Shown here one piece after another: positions 17,923 through 29,804 of a DNA stretch of 64,000 nucleotides. Origin of the DNA: Trueperaceae bacterium (GTDB lineage: Bacteria; Deinococcota; Deinococci; Deinococcales; Trueperaceae); contig JAXHLW010000013.1 of NCBI GenBank assembly GCA_034521815.1, positions 864,001 through 928,000 on the forward strand, given 5' to 3'. Below the pieces are notes generated by a model. That model had not been told where the DNA came from, made no database searches, and saw nothing but the letters and a program-made list of their open reading frames with translations. Both the position numbers and the translations under genes were made by a program. Positions within the stretch are counted from its first letter, which is position 1, and each line of letters opens with the position of its first letter.

Positions 17923-20783
17923 GTGGCCGACCATGGACCGGTCTCGATTCATCACCGTCCACTGGCCGAACTCGCGCGCGACGTCCGCACGAACGCCATC
18001 TTCACGATCGACGTGGGCGGCACGATCGGCTCCTGGAACGAGGGCGTGAAGTCGTTGCTCGGTTACGACGAGCACGAGTTCATAGGGATGCCGTTCGGCC
18101 TGCTCTTCACAGGCGAGGACCGGGACGCCGGCGTCCCTCGCCGCGTGCTCGACGAGGCGATCGCCCAGGGCGAGGCTCAGGGCGAGCGATGGCACGTCAA
18201 GAAGAGCGGCGAGCGCTGTTGGATCAACGGCCTGGTCACCACCGTTCGTGACGAGCACGGCCAGCCGTGCGGCTTCGTGAAGATCGTGCGGGACCAGACC
18301 GACACGATGCGGGCGGAAGGTCGCCTGTACGAGAGCGAAGAACGGTTCGCCAAAGCGTTCCGCAGCAGCCCCACCCCTCTCGCCATCATGCGCCTGCCGA
18401 CCGGCGAGCTGACCGACCTGAACGAAGCGTTCACGCGCAGCTTCGGACGGCCGCACGACGACCTTGAAGGCATGACGCTCGCACGGCTGCTGCCCCACGA
18501 TGCCGGCTACGTGGCGAAGGACATCCTGGACGACCTTCACAGCGGTCGTCCGATCCGGCGCGAGGCCACGTTCGGTCGAACCTCGGACGGCACGCGGCAC
18601 GGCACCTTCGCATTCGAGCCCGTCGTGATCGCCGGCGAGCCGCACGCGGTGATGTCGGTGCACGACGTGACCGACCGGCGCGCGGCACGCGACGACGTCG
18701 AGCGGCAGAAGGCGATCGTAGAGGGCATCCTCGCGACCCTTCCCGGCGTGTTCTACATGGTCGAGGAGAGCGACCCGCGAAGGCTGGTCCGCTGGAACGA
18801 CGAGCTCGAGCGCGTCACCGGCTACACCGCAGCCGAGCTCATCGGCATGCGGGTCGCGAAGCTCGTCGTCGAGGAGGACCTCGGCGCCAGGGACATCGTG
18901 GCCGGCCTCGCAGGGCGACGCGTCTCCATCGAGGCGCGCTTGCGCTGCAAGGACGGCACCCTCGTTCCCTACCTGTTCACCCTTCACCGCGCCGTGCTGC
19001 CCGACGGTCGATACGTCGTCGGCGTCGGGCTGAGCATCGAGAAGCAGACACGGGCCCAGGACGCCCTCGTTCGCCGTGCCCGCCAACAGGCGGCGATCTC
19101 CGACCTGGCGGAGCGCCTGCTCGAGACCACGGAGATGCACGACGCGCTCGAGCGGACGATCGAGGTCGTCGGCGACGTTCTAGGCGCCACGAACGTCCAC
19201 GTGCTCAGACTGGAGGACGACGAGCTCGTGGTCGCCAGCGCCAGCGACGTCCAGCTCGCCCAGCGGCGCGCCGAGAAGCTCGCCTCGGGGGCGGACGACG
19301 GCCTCCGAGCGGTGATCCCGGCCGCGGACGGCCGGTACGGCCTGATCGAGGCCGTTCTGGCCTCGGAGAACGATCGCGACGACGAGCAGAGCCGCTTCCT
19401 GGACACGATCGCGTCGCTGGTCGGAAGCGCCGCGGAACGGTACCGGCTTCACCGCCGCCTCGCGCACGCAGCCGAGCACGACCGGCTCACGGGACTCCCG
19501 AACCGCACGGTGATCGAGGTCCAGCTCGAGAACGCCATCGAGCGTGCCGCCCGTGTGGACGGCAAGGTCGCGGTCGCGCTCCTCGATCTGGACCGCTTCA
19601 AGACCGTGAACGACTCGCTCGGCCACTCGGCCGGCGACGACCTCTTGGCAGGCGTCGCGGACCGGCTTCGTGAGAGCGTGCGCGGAATGGACACCGTCGC
19701 GCGCCTCGGAGGGGACGAGTTCGTGATCGTCCTCCCCGAGATCGTCGACGAGGCCGAAGCGGCCCACGTCGCCGAGCGCGTCCTGACGTCGTTCGAGCAG
19801 CCGTTCGTCGTCAGCGGTCGCCAGCTGACCATCGCCACCACGCTGGGTATCGCGCTCTTCCCCGACGACGGCCAGACGGTGGACGCGCTGTTGCGGGCCG
19901 CGGACGGCGCGATGTACATGGGCAAGACGAGCGGTCGTGGCACCTACCGCTTCGCGACGGCCGAACGTGGCATGAAGGTCGGCGAGCGCCTCGAGCTCGA
20001 ACACGACCTTCGCGAGGCGCTGACGTCCGGACAGCTCGCCCTCGCCTATCAGCCGCAGATCGCGCTCGCGACCGACCGCATCGTCGTGGTCGAGGCCCTG
20101 GTCCGCTGGCACCACCCCACTCGCGGTGTGCTCTTGCCCGAGGCGTTCCTTCCGCTGGCCCACGAGATCGGGCTCGCCGCCGCGATCGACGAGTGGACCG
20201 TCCGCGAGGCTTGCGCACGGCTCCACGCGTTCGACCAGGCGTTCGACCACGCGTTCGGCCACACGTCGACCTCTCCCCTTCGGATCGCCGTGAACGTCGC
20301 GCCCCGGCACCTCGTTCAGCCCTCGTTTCCCGAGCGCATGGGCGTACTGGCCGGGGAGGCGGGCGTGTCCCCAGGGCGGATCGAGATCGAGGTGGACGAG
20401 TCCGCGCTGCTTTTGGACCGCGAGGCCGTCGCCCGTCACCTACGTGGCGTCGTCGATCACGGCTTCCGGCTCGCGCTGGACGACTTCGGGACGGCGTACG
20501 CGCCGGTGACGCTGGTCCGCTCCCTCCCGTTCGAGCGGCTCAAGATCGACGAAACCCTCGTCCACGACCTGCTTCCTGGTGATCACCAGGCGACGCCGCT
20601 GGCTGGGATCCTGATCGAGCTCGGCGCGCGTCTCGGCCTCGACGTCGTCGCCGAAGGGGTCGAGACCGCAGGGCAGCGCAGGGCGGTCGAGCGGCACGGC
20701 TGCGGCTACGCGCAAGGGCGACTGATCGCGGATCGCGCTATCGGGCGAAGAGCTCGCGCGCGTTCCTGCGTTCGACGGCGTGA
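17923..20783 (+). CDS. PAS-PAS-PAS-GAF-like-GGDEF-EAL c-di-GMP signalling protein; true stop probably TGA 20781-20783 after small indels at ~20735-20760
   Basis: Three PAS/PAC repeats; HDRLTGLPNR, LDLDRFKTVNDSLGHSAGD, ARLGGDEF; YQPQ..VEALVRW, LDDFGT, LKID, VAEGVET, YAQG. TATGAT-N5-GTG start. Confidence 0.9.
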
Positions 20784-20839
20784 GCGACAGGGCGCGCCGA
20801 TCCCTCGACTCCCGATCGACGACGCCGGCAGCCTCGCCA

Positions 20840-21418
20840 TCAGTTCAGCTCGTCCAGCGTCAGGCGGAAGCTCGGACCGAACGTGTCCAGGAACGCCCGC
20901 ACAGCCGGGTCGGGATGCGCGTCGAGCTCGGCCCGGAGCGTCTCCTCGGCCCGTCCGAACTCGGCGTTGCCCGCCTTGTGCTCCTCGACGCACTTCAGGT
21001 AGGCGCAGATCTTGTCCGCCGCCTTGACGCAGGCCCAGGCGTCGTCGTCCTCCACGGCGGCGAAGAACAGAGCCTCGTAATCGTCCTTCAGGTCGTCCGG
21101 AACCATCCGCAGCAAACGGTCCTTGGCCACCGCGGCCAAGCCGTCGATCGCCTCGGCGACCTGGGGGTTGAAGTACTTGATCGGGGTGGGCAGGTCACCG
21201 GTGATGACCTCTTCGGCATCGTGGAACACCGCCAGCAGCGCCGTACGTTCGGGGTCGACGGTCCCGCCGAAGCGGCGATTGCGCAGCAGCGCCAGCGCAT
21301 GGGCGATCATCGCGACCTGCAGGCTGTGCTCCTGGATGTTCTCGGGGAGCGTGTTGCGCATCAGTCCCCAGCGTTGGATGAGCTTCATTCGGGCCAGGTA
21401 TGCGAAGTAGTGACTCAC
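20840..21418 (-). CDS. yfbR: 5'-deoxynucleotidase, HD family
   Basis: SHYFAYLARMKLIQRWGLMRN..ENIQEHS..FHDAEEVITGDLPTPIKYFN..VKAADKICAYLKC..AGNAEF. Confidence 0.93.
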   Translation of the reverse strand: MSHYFAYLARMKLIQRWGLMRNTLPENIQEHSLQVAMIAHALALLRNRRFGGTVDPERTALLAVFHDAEEVITGDLPTPIKYFNPQVAEAIDGLAAVAKDRLLRMVPDDLKDDYEALFFAAVEDDDAWACVKAADKICAYLKCVEEHKAGNAEFGRAEETLRAELDAHPDPAVRAFLDTFGPSFRLTLDELN

Positions 21419-21451
21419 GGGGCCGAGCATACTCGGGCGTGAGGGATGCCA

Positions 21452-21480
21452 TTGACGACCCCCCTGGCCCCGCGTATCGT
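21452..21480 (+). promoter_or_regulatory. Sigma70-type promoter
   Basis: TTGACG, 17 bp, TATCGT, then AAGGAGG RBS before GTG 21499. Confidence 0.7.
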
Positions 21481-21498
21481 TCCGGCAAGGAGGCTCTC

Positions 21499-21855
21499 GT
21501 GAAGCGACTCGTCTGGATCCCGCTGCTGGCCCTGCTGGCCCTCACGGCCTGCGCGCCCAGCGCTGCGGTCGTGAACAACGTCGTCCCCACGCTCATCTCG
21601 GTCCAGCTGCCGCAGGACGGTGGTCCGGTCCAGCTCCAAGGCCGCTACTTCGGCGACGGTCAAGGTGGCCAGGCCGAGGACAGCTACGTCGTCATCGGCG
21701 CGAAGAGCGACTGCACCGGCGGTGTTCGCGTCCCGGCGGACAGCTGGAGCTCGAGCCGCATCACGTTCACCGATCCGGGCGGCGTGGGCTACGGCTTCGT
21801 CTGCGTCGTTTCGGCGGGCACCGTCAGCAACGGCATGCCTCTCGACCTGAACTGA
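21499..21855 (+). CDS. Small lipoprotein with an IPT/TIG-like domain
   Basis: Lipobox LTAC; VQLQGRYFGD..SWSSSRITF..VSNGMP pattern. Confidence 0.7.
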   Translation: MKRLVWIPLLALLALTACAPSAAVVNNVVPTLISVQLPQDGGPVQLQGRYFGDGQGGQAEDSYVVIGAKSDCTGGVRVPADSWSSSRITFTDPGGVGYGFVCVVSAGTVSNGMPLDLN

Positions 21856-21937
21856 CCGCGCGTAGCAAGAAGCGTCGCTCGTGCAGCGATCGACGCGAGA
21901 GAACGATTCGAGTGAACGACGCGAATGAACGACGCGT

Positions 21938-21961
21938 AGGGGCCCGCCACGGCGGGCCCCT
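21938..21961 (+). terminator. Hairpin terminator
   Basis: AGGGGCCCGC-CACG-GCGGGCCCCT. Confidence 0.65.
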
Positions 21962-22024
21962 TCGCATCCCCACGCCGTGCCGTGCGGTCGCGGCCGCCCC
22001 CGGACGGACGTGTATGCTCTCCGG

Positions 22025-23284
22025 GTGATTCGGAGCCGTGCCGTGAAAGGCACCTACGACGTCCTGCCCGAGCGACGTGCCGCCTGGCTGCGACTGCGGG
22101 ACGCGACCGATCGCGTCCTCGGCCGCGCCGGCGTGCGCGAGATCGTCACCCCCGTGTTCGAGCACAGCGAGGTGTTCGACAAGTCGGTCGGCGAGTCGGC
22201 CGACCTCGTCGTGCAGAAGGAGATGTACAGGTTCGAGGACCGTGGGGGCAGGAGCCTCACCCTCCGTCCCGAGTTCACGGCGGGCGTGCTGCGCGCCTAC
22301 GTCGAGCACGGGATGCACACCCGCCCCTCCCCCGTCAAGCTGTGGAGCCTCGGACCGGCGTTCCGGGCCGAGAACGTGCAGCGCGGCAGGTTCCGTCAGT
22401 TCCACCAGGTGAACTGCGAGCTGCTCGGGCTTCCCGGCCCGCTGGTCGACGCCGAAGCGATCGCCTTGCTGCACGATCTGCTCGCAGAGCTGGGGCTCGG
22501 CGGCCTGCGCGTCGCGCTCGGAAGCGTCGGCGACCCCGAGGATCGCGACGCGTACAACGCCTACCTTCAGGACGCGCTCGCGCCGTACGAAGGCGACCTG
22601 TCCGAAACCAGCCGCGAGCGTCTGCGCCTGAACCCGATGCGCGTCCTGGACAGCAAGGACCCCAACGATCAGGCGCTGCTCGCCGATCTCGACAAGCCGC
22701 TGGACCGCCTGGGCCACGACGCTCGCGAGCACCTGGACGGCGTCGCCCGCTACCTGGCCGACTGGGGGATCGCGTTCGACCTGGCGCCCGCCATCGTGCG
22801 CGGACTGGACTACTACCGCCGGACCGCGTTCGAGATCCATGCCGAGGGGATCGGCGCGCAGTCGGCGCTGGCCGGCGGCGGCCGCTACGACGGGCTGGTC
22901 GCCTCGCTGGGCGGACCGCCCACGCCGGGCATCGGCTGGGCGCTGGGCGTCGAGCGCGTGCTGGACGCGATGGAGGCCGCGGGCACGCTGCCCGCCGCCG
23001 AGCCCGGGCCCGACCTGTTCCTCGTCCCCATGGACGAGCAGGCGATCGACGAGGCCGCGGCGCTGGCCCGCCGGCTGAGGAGCGAGCTGCACGTCGAGCA
23101 CGCCTACGTCAGGCGCGCACCGGGCAAGGGCCTGCGCGACGCCGACCGGGCCGGTGCCCGCTGGGCCGCGCTTCGCGGCGAGCGGGAGCGCGAGCGTGGC
23201 GTCTGGGCCGTGAAGCACCTCGCCCGAGGCGAACAGCGAGACGTGGACGAAGCGGCGCTGGCTGCCGCCGTCCTGGAGGACTGA
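22025..23284 (+). CDS. hisS: Histidine--tRNA ligase
   Basis: VKGTYD, TPVFE, KEMY, LRPEFTA, GRFRQFHQ, VRGLDYY, GGGRYDGL. Confidence 0.97.
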   Translation: MIRSRAVKGTYDVLPERRAAWLRLRDATDRVLGRAGVREIVTPVFEHSEVFDKSVGESADLVVQKEMYRFEDRGGRSLTLRPEFTAGVLRAYVEHGMHTRPSPVKLWSLGPAFRAENVQRGRFRQFHQVNCELLGLPGPLVDAEAIALLHDLLAELGLGGLRVALGSVGDPEDRDAYNAYLQDALAPYEGDLSETSRERLRLNPMRVLDSKDPNDQALLADLDKPLDRLGHDAREHLDGVARYLADWGIAFDLAPAIVRGLDYYRRTAFEIHAEGIGAQSALAGGGRYDGLVASLGGPPTPGIGWALGVERVLDAMEAAGTLPAAEPGPDLFLVPMDEQAIDEAAALARRLRSELHVEHAYVRRAPGKGLRDADRAGARWAALRGERERERGVWAVKHLARGEQRDVDEAALAAAVLED

Positions 23285-23286
23285 TC

Positions 23287-25094
<1,808 letters not shown>

Positions 25095-25098
<4 letters not shown>

Positions 25099-25910
25099 TT
25101 CCGCTCGTGATCCTCGACCTCGACGGAACGTTGATCGGCGCCTCGGGACAGGTCGAGCCGTGCGTGTGGCAGGCGGCCGAGCGCGCGCGCGAAGCGGGCG
25201 TTCGACTGGCGGTCTGCACCGGCCGGCCCGGGTTCGGCGTCGCGGCCAAGGTCGCGCGGCGGCTCGATCCCGACACGCCCCACATCTTCCAGAACGGCGC
25301 GCAGGTGACGTACCTCGACGGCGACACGATCCAGGTCAGCGCGCTGCGCGAACAGGCGACACTGCACCTGGTGCGTCGCGCCCGCGAACTGAACGTGGTC
25401 CTCGAGATCTACACCCCCGACAGCCTCTACGTCGAGCGCCGCACCGACATCAGCGAGGCGCACGCCAAGATGATCGGCGTGAACGCGATCGTGCGCGACC
25501 TGGCCGAGGTGGCCAGCAGCGAGCCGGTCGTCCGCGCCCAGTGGGTGGTCCAGCCGGACCGCCTCCAGGCCGTGCTGGACGTCGAGGTCGATCGCGTCCA
25601 CGCCAGCGTCGCGACGAGCCCGGCGCTGGCCGACACGTACTTCGTCAGCCTGACCCGCGCCGGCGTCGACAAGGGAAGCGCGGTGCGGCTGCTGGCCGAG
25701 AAGCTGGAGGTCGACCCGGCCCGCGTCATGGCGATCGGCGACAGCCCCGGCGATCTGTCGATGCTCGAGGCGGTCGGCCATCCACGCGTGATGGCCAGCG
25801 GCGACCCGGAGGTCGTAGCGCGCTGGCCCGACGGAACGCTGCCCGGCGTGGAGGCGTGCGGAGCGGCCGAGGCGCTGGACGCCGCGATCCGAATGCGGGC
25901 TCGGTCCTGA
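25095..25910 (+). CDS. Cof-type HAD hydrolase
   Basis: [31 protein letters not shown]. Confidence 0.9.
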
Positions 25911-25927
25911 CGGGTAGACTCCCCGCC

Positions 25928-27229
<1,302 letters not shown>

Positions 27230-27236
27230 AGCGCGA

Positions 27237-27821
27237 TCAGTCCAGGCTCGCCGGCACCGTCAGGCCACCCAGCCACGCATCGACGGCCCGGCCCTCGCGC
27301 AGGTAGGCGATACGGTCGACGCCCTGTTCGAACAGGGTGCGCTCCAGCGAGGCCACGATCCCTCGTGCCGTGCCGACATCCAGGCGTGCTCCGTGGGCCG
27401 GCAGGTCCAGGACGACCACCGATTCGCGCTCGATCTCGAGCCTGAACACCCGCGGTGCGGGAAGCGCCTCCGGCCACGCCCCGGCGTCCATCATCACGGC
27501 CCGTACCTCGTCCACGACTCGCTGCATGCGCAGGCCGGCGTCCTCGGCCTCGGCGATCTCGCGAACGACCGGTCGCGCCAGCTCGTCGTCGACGTGGTAC
27601 ACGACCACCTCGACGAGCTCCGAGGCGTCGTCGGTTCCCGCCGTCGCGGTCAGGTCGGGGGGCGGAGGGACGGTGGGCGGTCCCGAGCGCACGAGGTACG
27701 CCGACGAAGCCAGGAGGGCGAGGAGGGGCAGGAGCACCTGCGGCGACCTCCAGCGCACGCGCGTTCCAGGCGTGTGCAGCTCTCCCCTATGGGCGTCTCC
27801 GGGCGTACCTCCATACGACAT
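27237..27821 (-). CDS. Membrane-anchored GerMN-like domain protein
   Basis: Single hydrophobic segment, Pro-rich linker, VVVLDL..IVASLERTL..GVDRIAYLREG; TGATG coupling with the upstream gene. Confidence 0.6.
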   Translation of the reverse strand: MSYGGTPGDAHRGELHTPGTRVRWRSPQVLLPLLALLASSAYLVRSGPPTVPPPPDLTATAGTDDASELVEVVVYHVDDELARPVVREIAEAEDAGLRMQRVVDEVRAVMMDAGAWPEALPAPRVFRLEIERESVVVLDLPAHGARLDVGTARGIVASLERTLFEQGVDRIAYLREGRAVDAWLGGLTVPASLD

Positions 27822-29224
27822 CAGCGAGCCCCGGCCGCCGCGCTTCCGAGGGCGGTCGCGAGCGCCGCCGGGAACTCGGGCGACGCCAGATCGTCCGGTC
27901 CGATCTCGATCAGCACGCCTCGTCCCGCCGCCGCGCCCAGCACCGCCAGAGGAGCCTCGCCGACGCCTCCCGCCCGGTAGCCGCCGATCTGGAACAGCGC
28001 CGAGGCCAGTGCTCGGCCCGCCCTGCGGCCGACCTCGGTATCGGGCACCAGGCCCAGCAGGATCTCGCGCCTGAGCGCGTCGGTCGGGTCGCCCCCAGCG
28101 TCGGACGGCGCGGCGTCGGCCACGGCGGCCGCAGCGTTGCGGCGAATCGCCATGTCCAGCGCCCCGATGTCGCTGGCCTCCCCGAGCACCCACAGCCGAA
28201 CCTCGCCCGGCGGAAGGTCCGCGAGCCGCATCGCGACGAACAGGTCGGCGCCGGCCGCGACCTGCATTCGCCGCTCCTGCGTGACGGGCGAGGCGCCGTC
28301 CCTTGTCAGCGCCACCTCGGCCCCGGCTTCGCGCAGGCCGTCCGCGACCGCCTCCGCCAACGTCAGAAGCGACGCGCGGACCTCGGGCGCCGCGTTCTCC
28401 TGCCCCGGGTCCAGAACCACGAGCGGGCCCTCCCCGGCCCGGACCGCGGTGTCGCTCGTCTCGGGCGAAGGCGTCGCCCGGATCCGCAGATCGGTCGCGT
28501 CGCCGTCGGCCAGCGCGATCACGTCGATCACCGTGTCGGGCGCGTCGATGCGAATGCGGACGCCGCCCTCCCCTTGAAACAGGTCCACACGCTCCATCCG
28601 CTGGCCCCGGAAGGTGCGGGCCCGAGCCGCGTCGGCACGGCGCAACAGCAGCTCGGTCCGGCCCGCCGCCGGATCGTCGAAGCGGGTCCACGACACGGGG
28701 GCGTCGAGATCCACGCGGAGCGTCTCGACCTCGTCACGGACGGTCAGGTCCGACGCGGTGACGTTCGCGCGGGGCGTGACCACCACGACGGTGCTCTCGG
28801 CCGGCAGGAACCCGACGTGCGCTCCGAGCGCCCGGGCGATCAGGGCGACCGGCCCCCAGACCGCATCGTCGCCGCGGATCGCCGCGAGATCGCCGTAGCT
28901 CACGCCGTCGCGACGCACCGCGCCGGACACCGCGGCGCTGGTGCCCTGCTCGACGACGTCGATCACCACGACGTGACCGCCCAGCGTGAGTGCCGCGCTG
29001 TCGCCGCCGACCGGCGCGGCCAGGCGAGCCCCGAGCCCCGCGGCCAGGCGATCCAGCGGCGCGTAGGCGGTGCCGGCGACGAGATCGGTCCGGGCCTCGC
29101 CCAGAGGCCGGCCGTCCACCCGCAACGACGCCTGCGCCGTCGCGACGGAGGCGACGGACACCAGGCACGCGACGAGAAGGGCGAGAGCCGGCACGATCGT
29201 CCGGCGCCGGGGGCAGCCGCTCAC
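27821..29224 (-). CDS. Secreted N-acetylmuramoyl-L-alanine amidase (Amidase_3)-like protein with degenerate active site
   Basis: Signal peptide and N-terminal repeat/AMIN-like domains; VVLDPGQ, VALTRD, ADLFVAM, APLAVL, GVLIEIG. Confidence 0.7.
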   Translation of the reverse strand: MSGCPRRRTIVPALALLVACLVSVASVATAQASLRVDGRPLGEARTDLVAGTAYAPLDRLAAGLGARLAAPVGGDSAALTLGGHVVVIDVVEQGTSAAVSGAVRRDGVSYGDLAAIRGDDAVWGPVALIARALGAHVGFLPAESTVVVVTPRANVTASDLTVRDEVETLRVDLDAPVSWTRFDDPAAGRTELLLRRADAARARTFRGQRMERVDLFQGEGGVRIRIDAPDTVIDVIALADGDATDLRIRATPSPETSDTAVRAGEGPLVVLDPGQENAAPEVRASLLTLAEAVADGLREAGAEVALTRDGASPVTQERRMQVAAGADLFVAMRLADLPPGEVRLWVLGEASDIGALDMAIRRNAAAAVADAAPSDAGGDPTDALRREILLGLVPDTEVGRRAGRALASALFQIGGYRAGGVGEAPLAVLGAAAGRGVLIEIGPDDLASPEFPAALATALGSAAAGAR

Positions 29225-29225
29225 C

Positions 29226-29657
29226 TCACCGCTCCAGGTAGCGGTCGATCTGCCGCTTGGCGTCCTTCTCGGCTTCGTAGCGACGCTTGTCGTGCCGCTT
29301 GCGGCCGCGCGCCAGGGCGATCTCGACCTTCGCCCAGCCGCCCTTGAAGTACAGCTTGGTGGGTACGCAGGTCAGGCCGCCGCGCTCCAGGCCGCGCTCG
29401 ATCTCGATGATCTCGCGCTTGGAGAGCAGCAGCTTGCGGCGGCGGAGCGGCTCGTGGTTGTTGTAGCTGGCCTGCTCGTAGGGCGGAATCGTCATGCCCT
29501 CGAGCCAGATCTCGTGCTTGGCGGCGCGCACGTACGCCTCGGCCAGGCTGCCGCCGCCCTTCCGGAGCGACTTGACCTCGCTGCCGGTGAGTCGCAGACC
29601 GGCCTCGTAGCGGTCCAGAAGCTCGTAGTCGTACTTCGCGCGTCGATTGCTCAGCAT
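29226..29657 (-). CDS. smpB: SsrA-binding protein
   Basis: NRRAKYDY, EAGLRLTGSEVKSLR, RKLLL, ARGRKRHDKR. Confidence 0.97.
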   Translation of the reverse strand: MLSNRRAKYDYELLDRYEAGLRLTGSEVKSLRKGGGSLAEAYVRAAKHEIWLEGMTIPPYEQASYNNHEPLRRRKLLLSKREIIEIERGLERGGLTCVPTKLYFKGGWAKVEIALARGRKRHDKRRYEAEKDAKRQIDRYLER

Positions 29658-29737
29658 ACGTTCCCCTTCGTCATGGTAGCTGCCGCGAATGAGAAGCCGC
29701 GTGCCCGGGCTCGCGGACCGACGGGACGGCGCGTGAC

Positions 29738-29792
29738 CGGGCAGAGGCGGCGCGAAATCGGGCAGAGGCGGCGCGAGGTCGGGCAGAGACGG
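29738..29792. repeat. 21-bp tandem repeat x~2.6 (CGGGCAGAGGCGGCGCGARRT)
   Basis: Units at 29738, 29759 and 29780. Confidence 0.85.
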
Positions 29793-29804
29793 ACGGACAC
29801 CAGG

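Noticed and set aside
17822-18049. Small 75-aa ORF starting in the dif-like site
   Set aside because: It overlaps the GGDEF-EAL gene out of frame and has no recognisable features.
16288-21418. Prophage, ICE or integron around the tyrosine recombinase
   Set aside because: No phage, conjugation or replication genes, no attC-like cassettes and no IntI-specific insertion seen.
21856-22024. T-box riboswitch upstream of hisS-aspS
   Set aside because: No T-box (TGGNACC) antiterminator motif. The hairpin fits the upstream gene's terminator, and hisS appears leaderless.
29658-29804. tmRNA (ssrA) next to smpB
   Set aside because: The gap is too short and has no tRNA-like ends.
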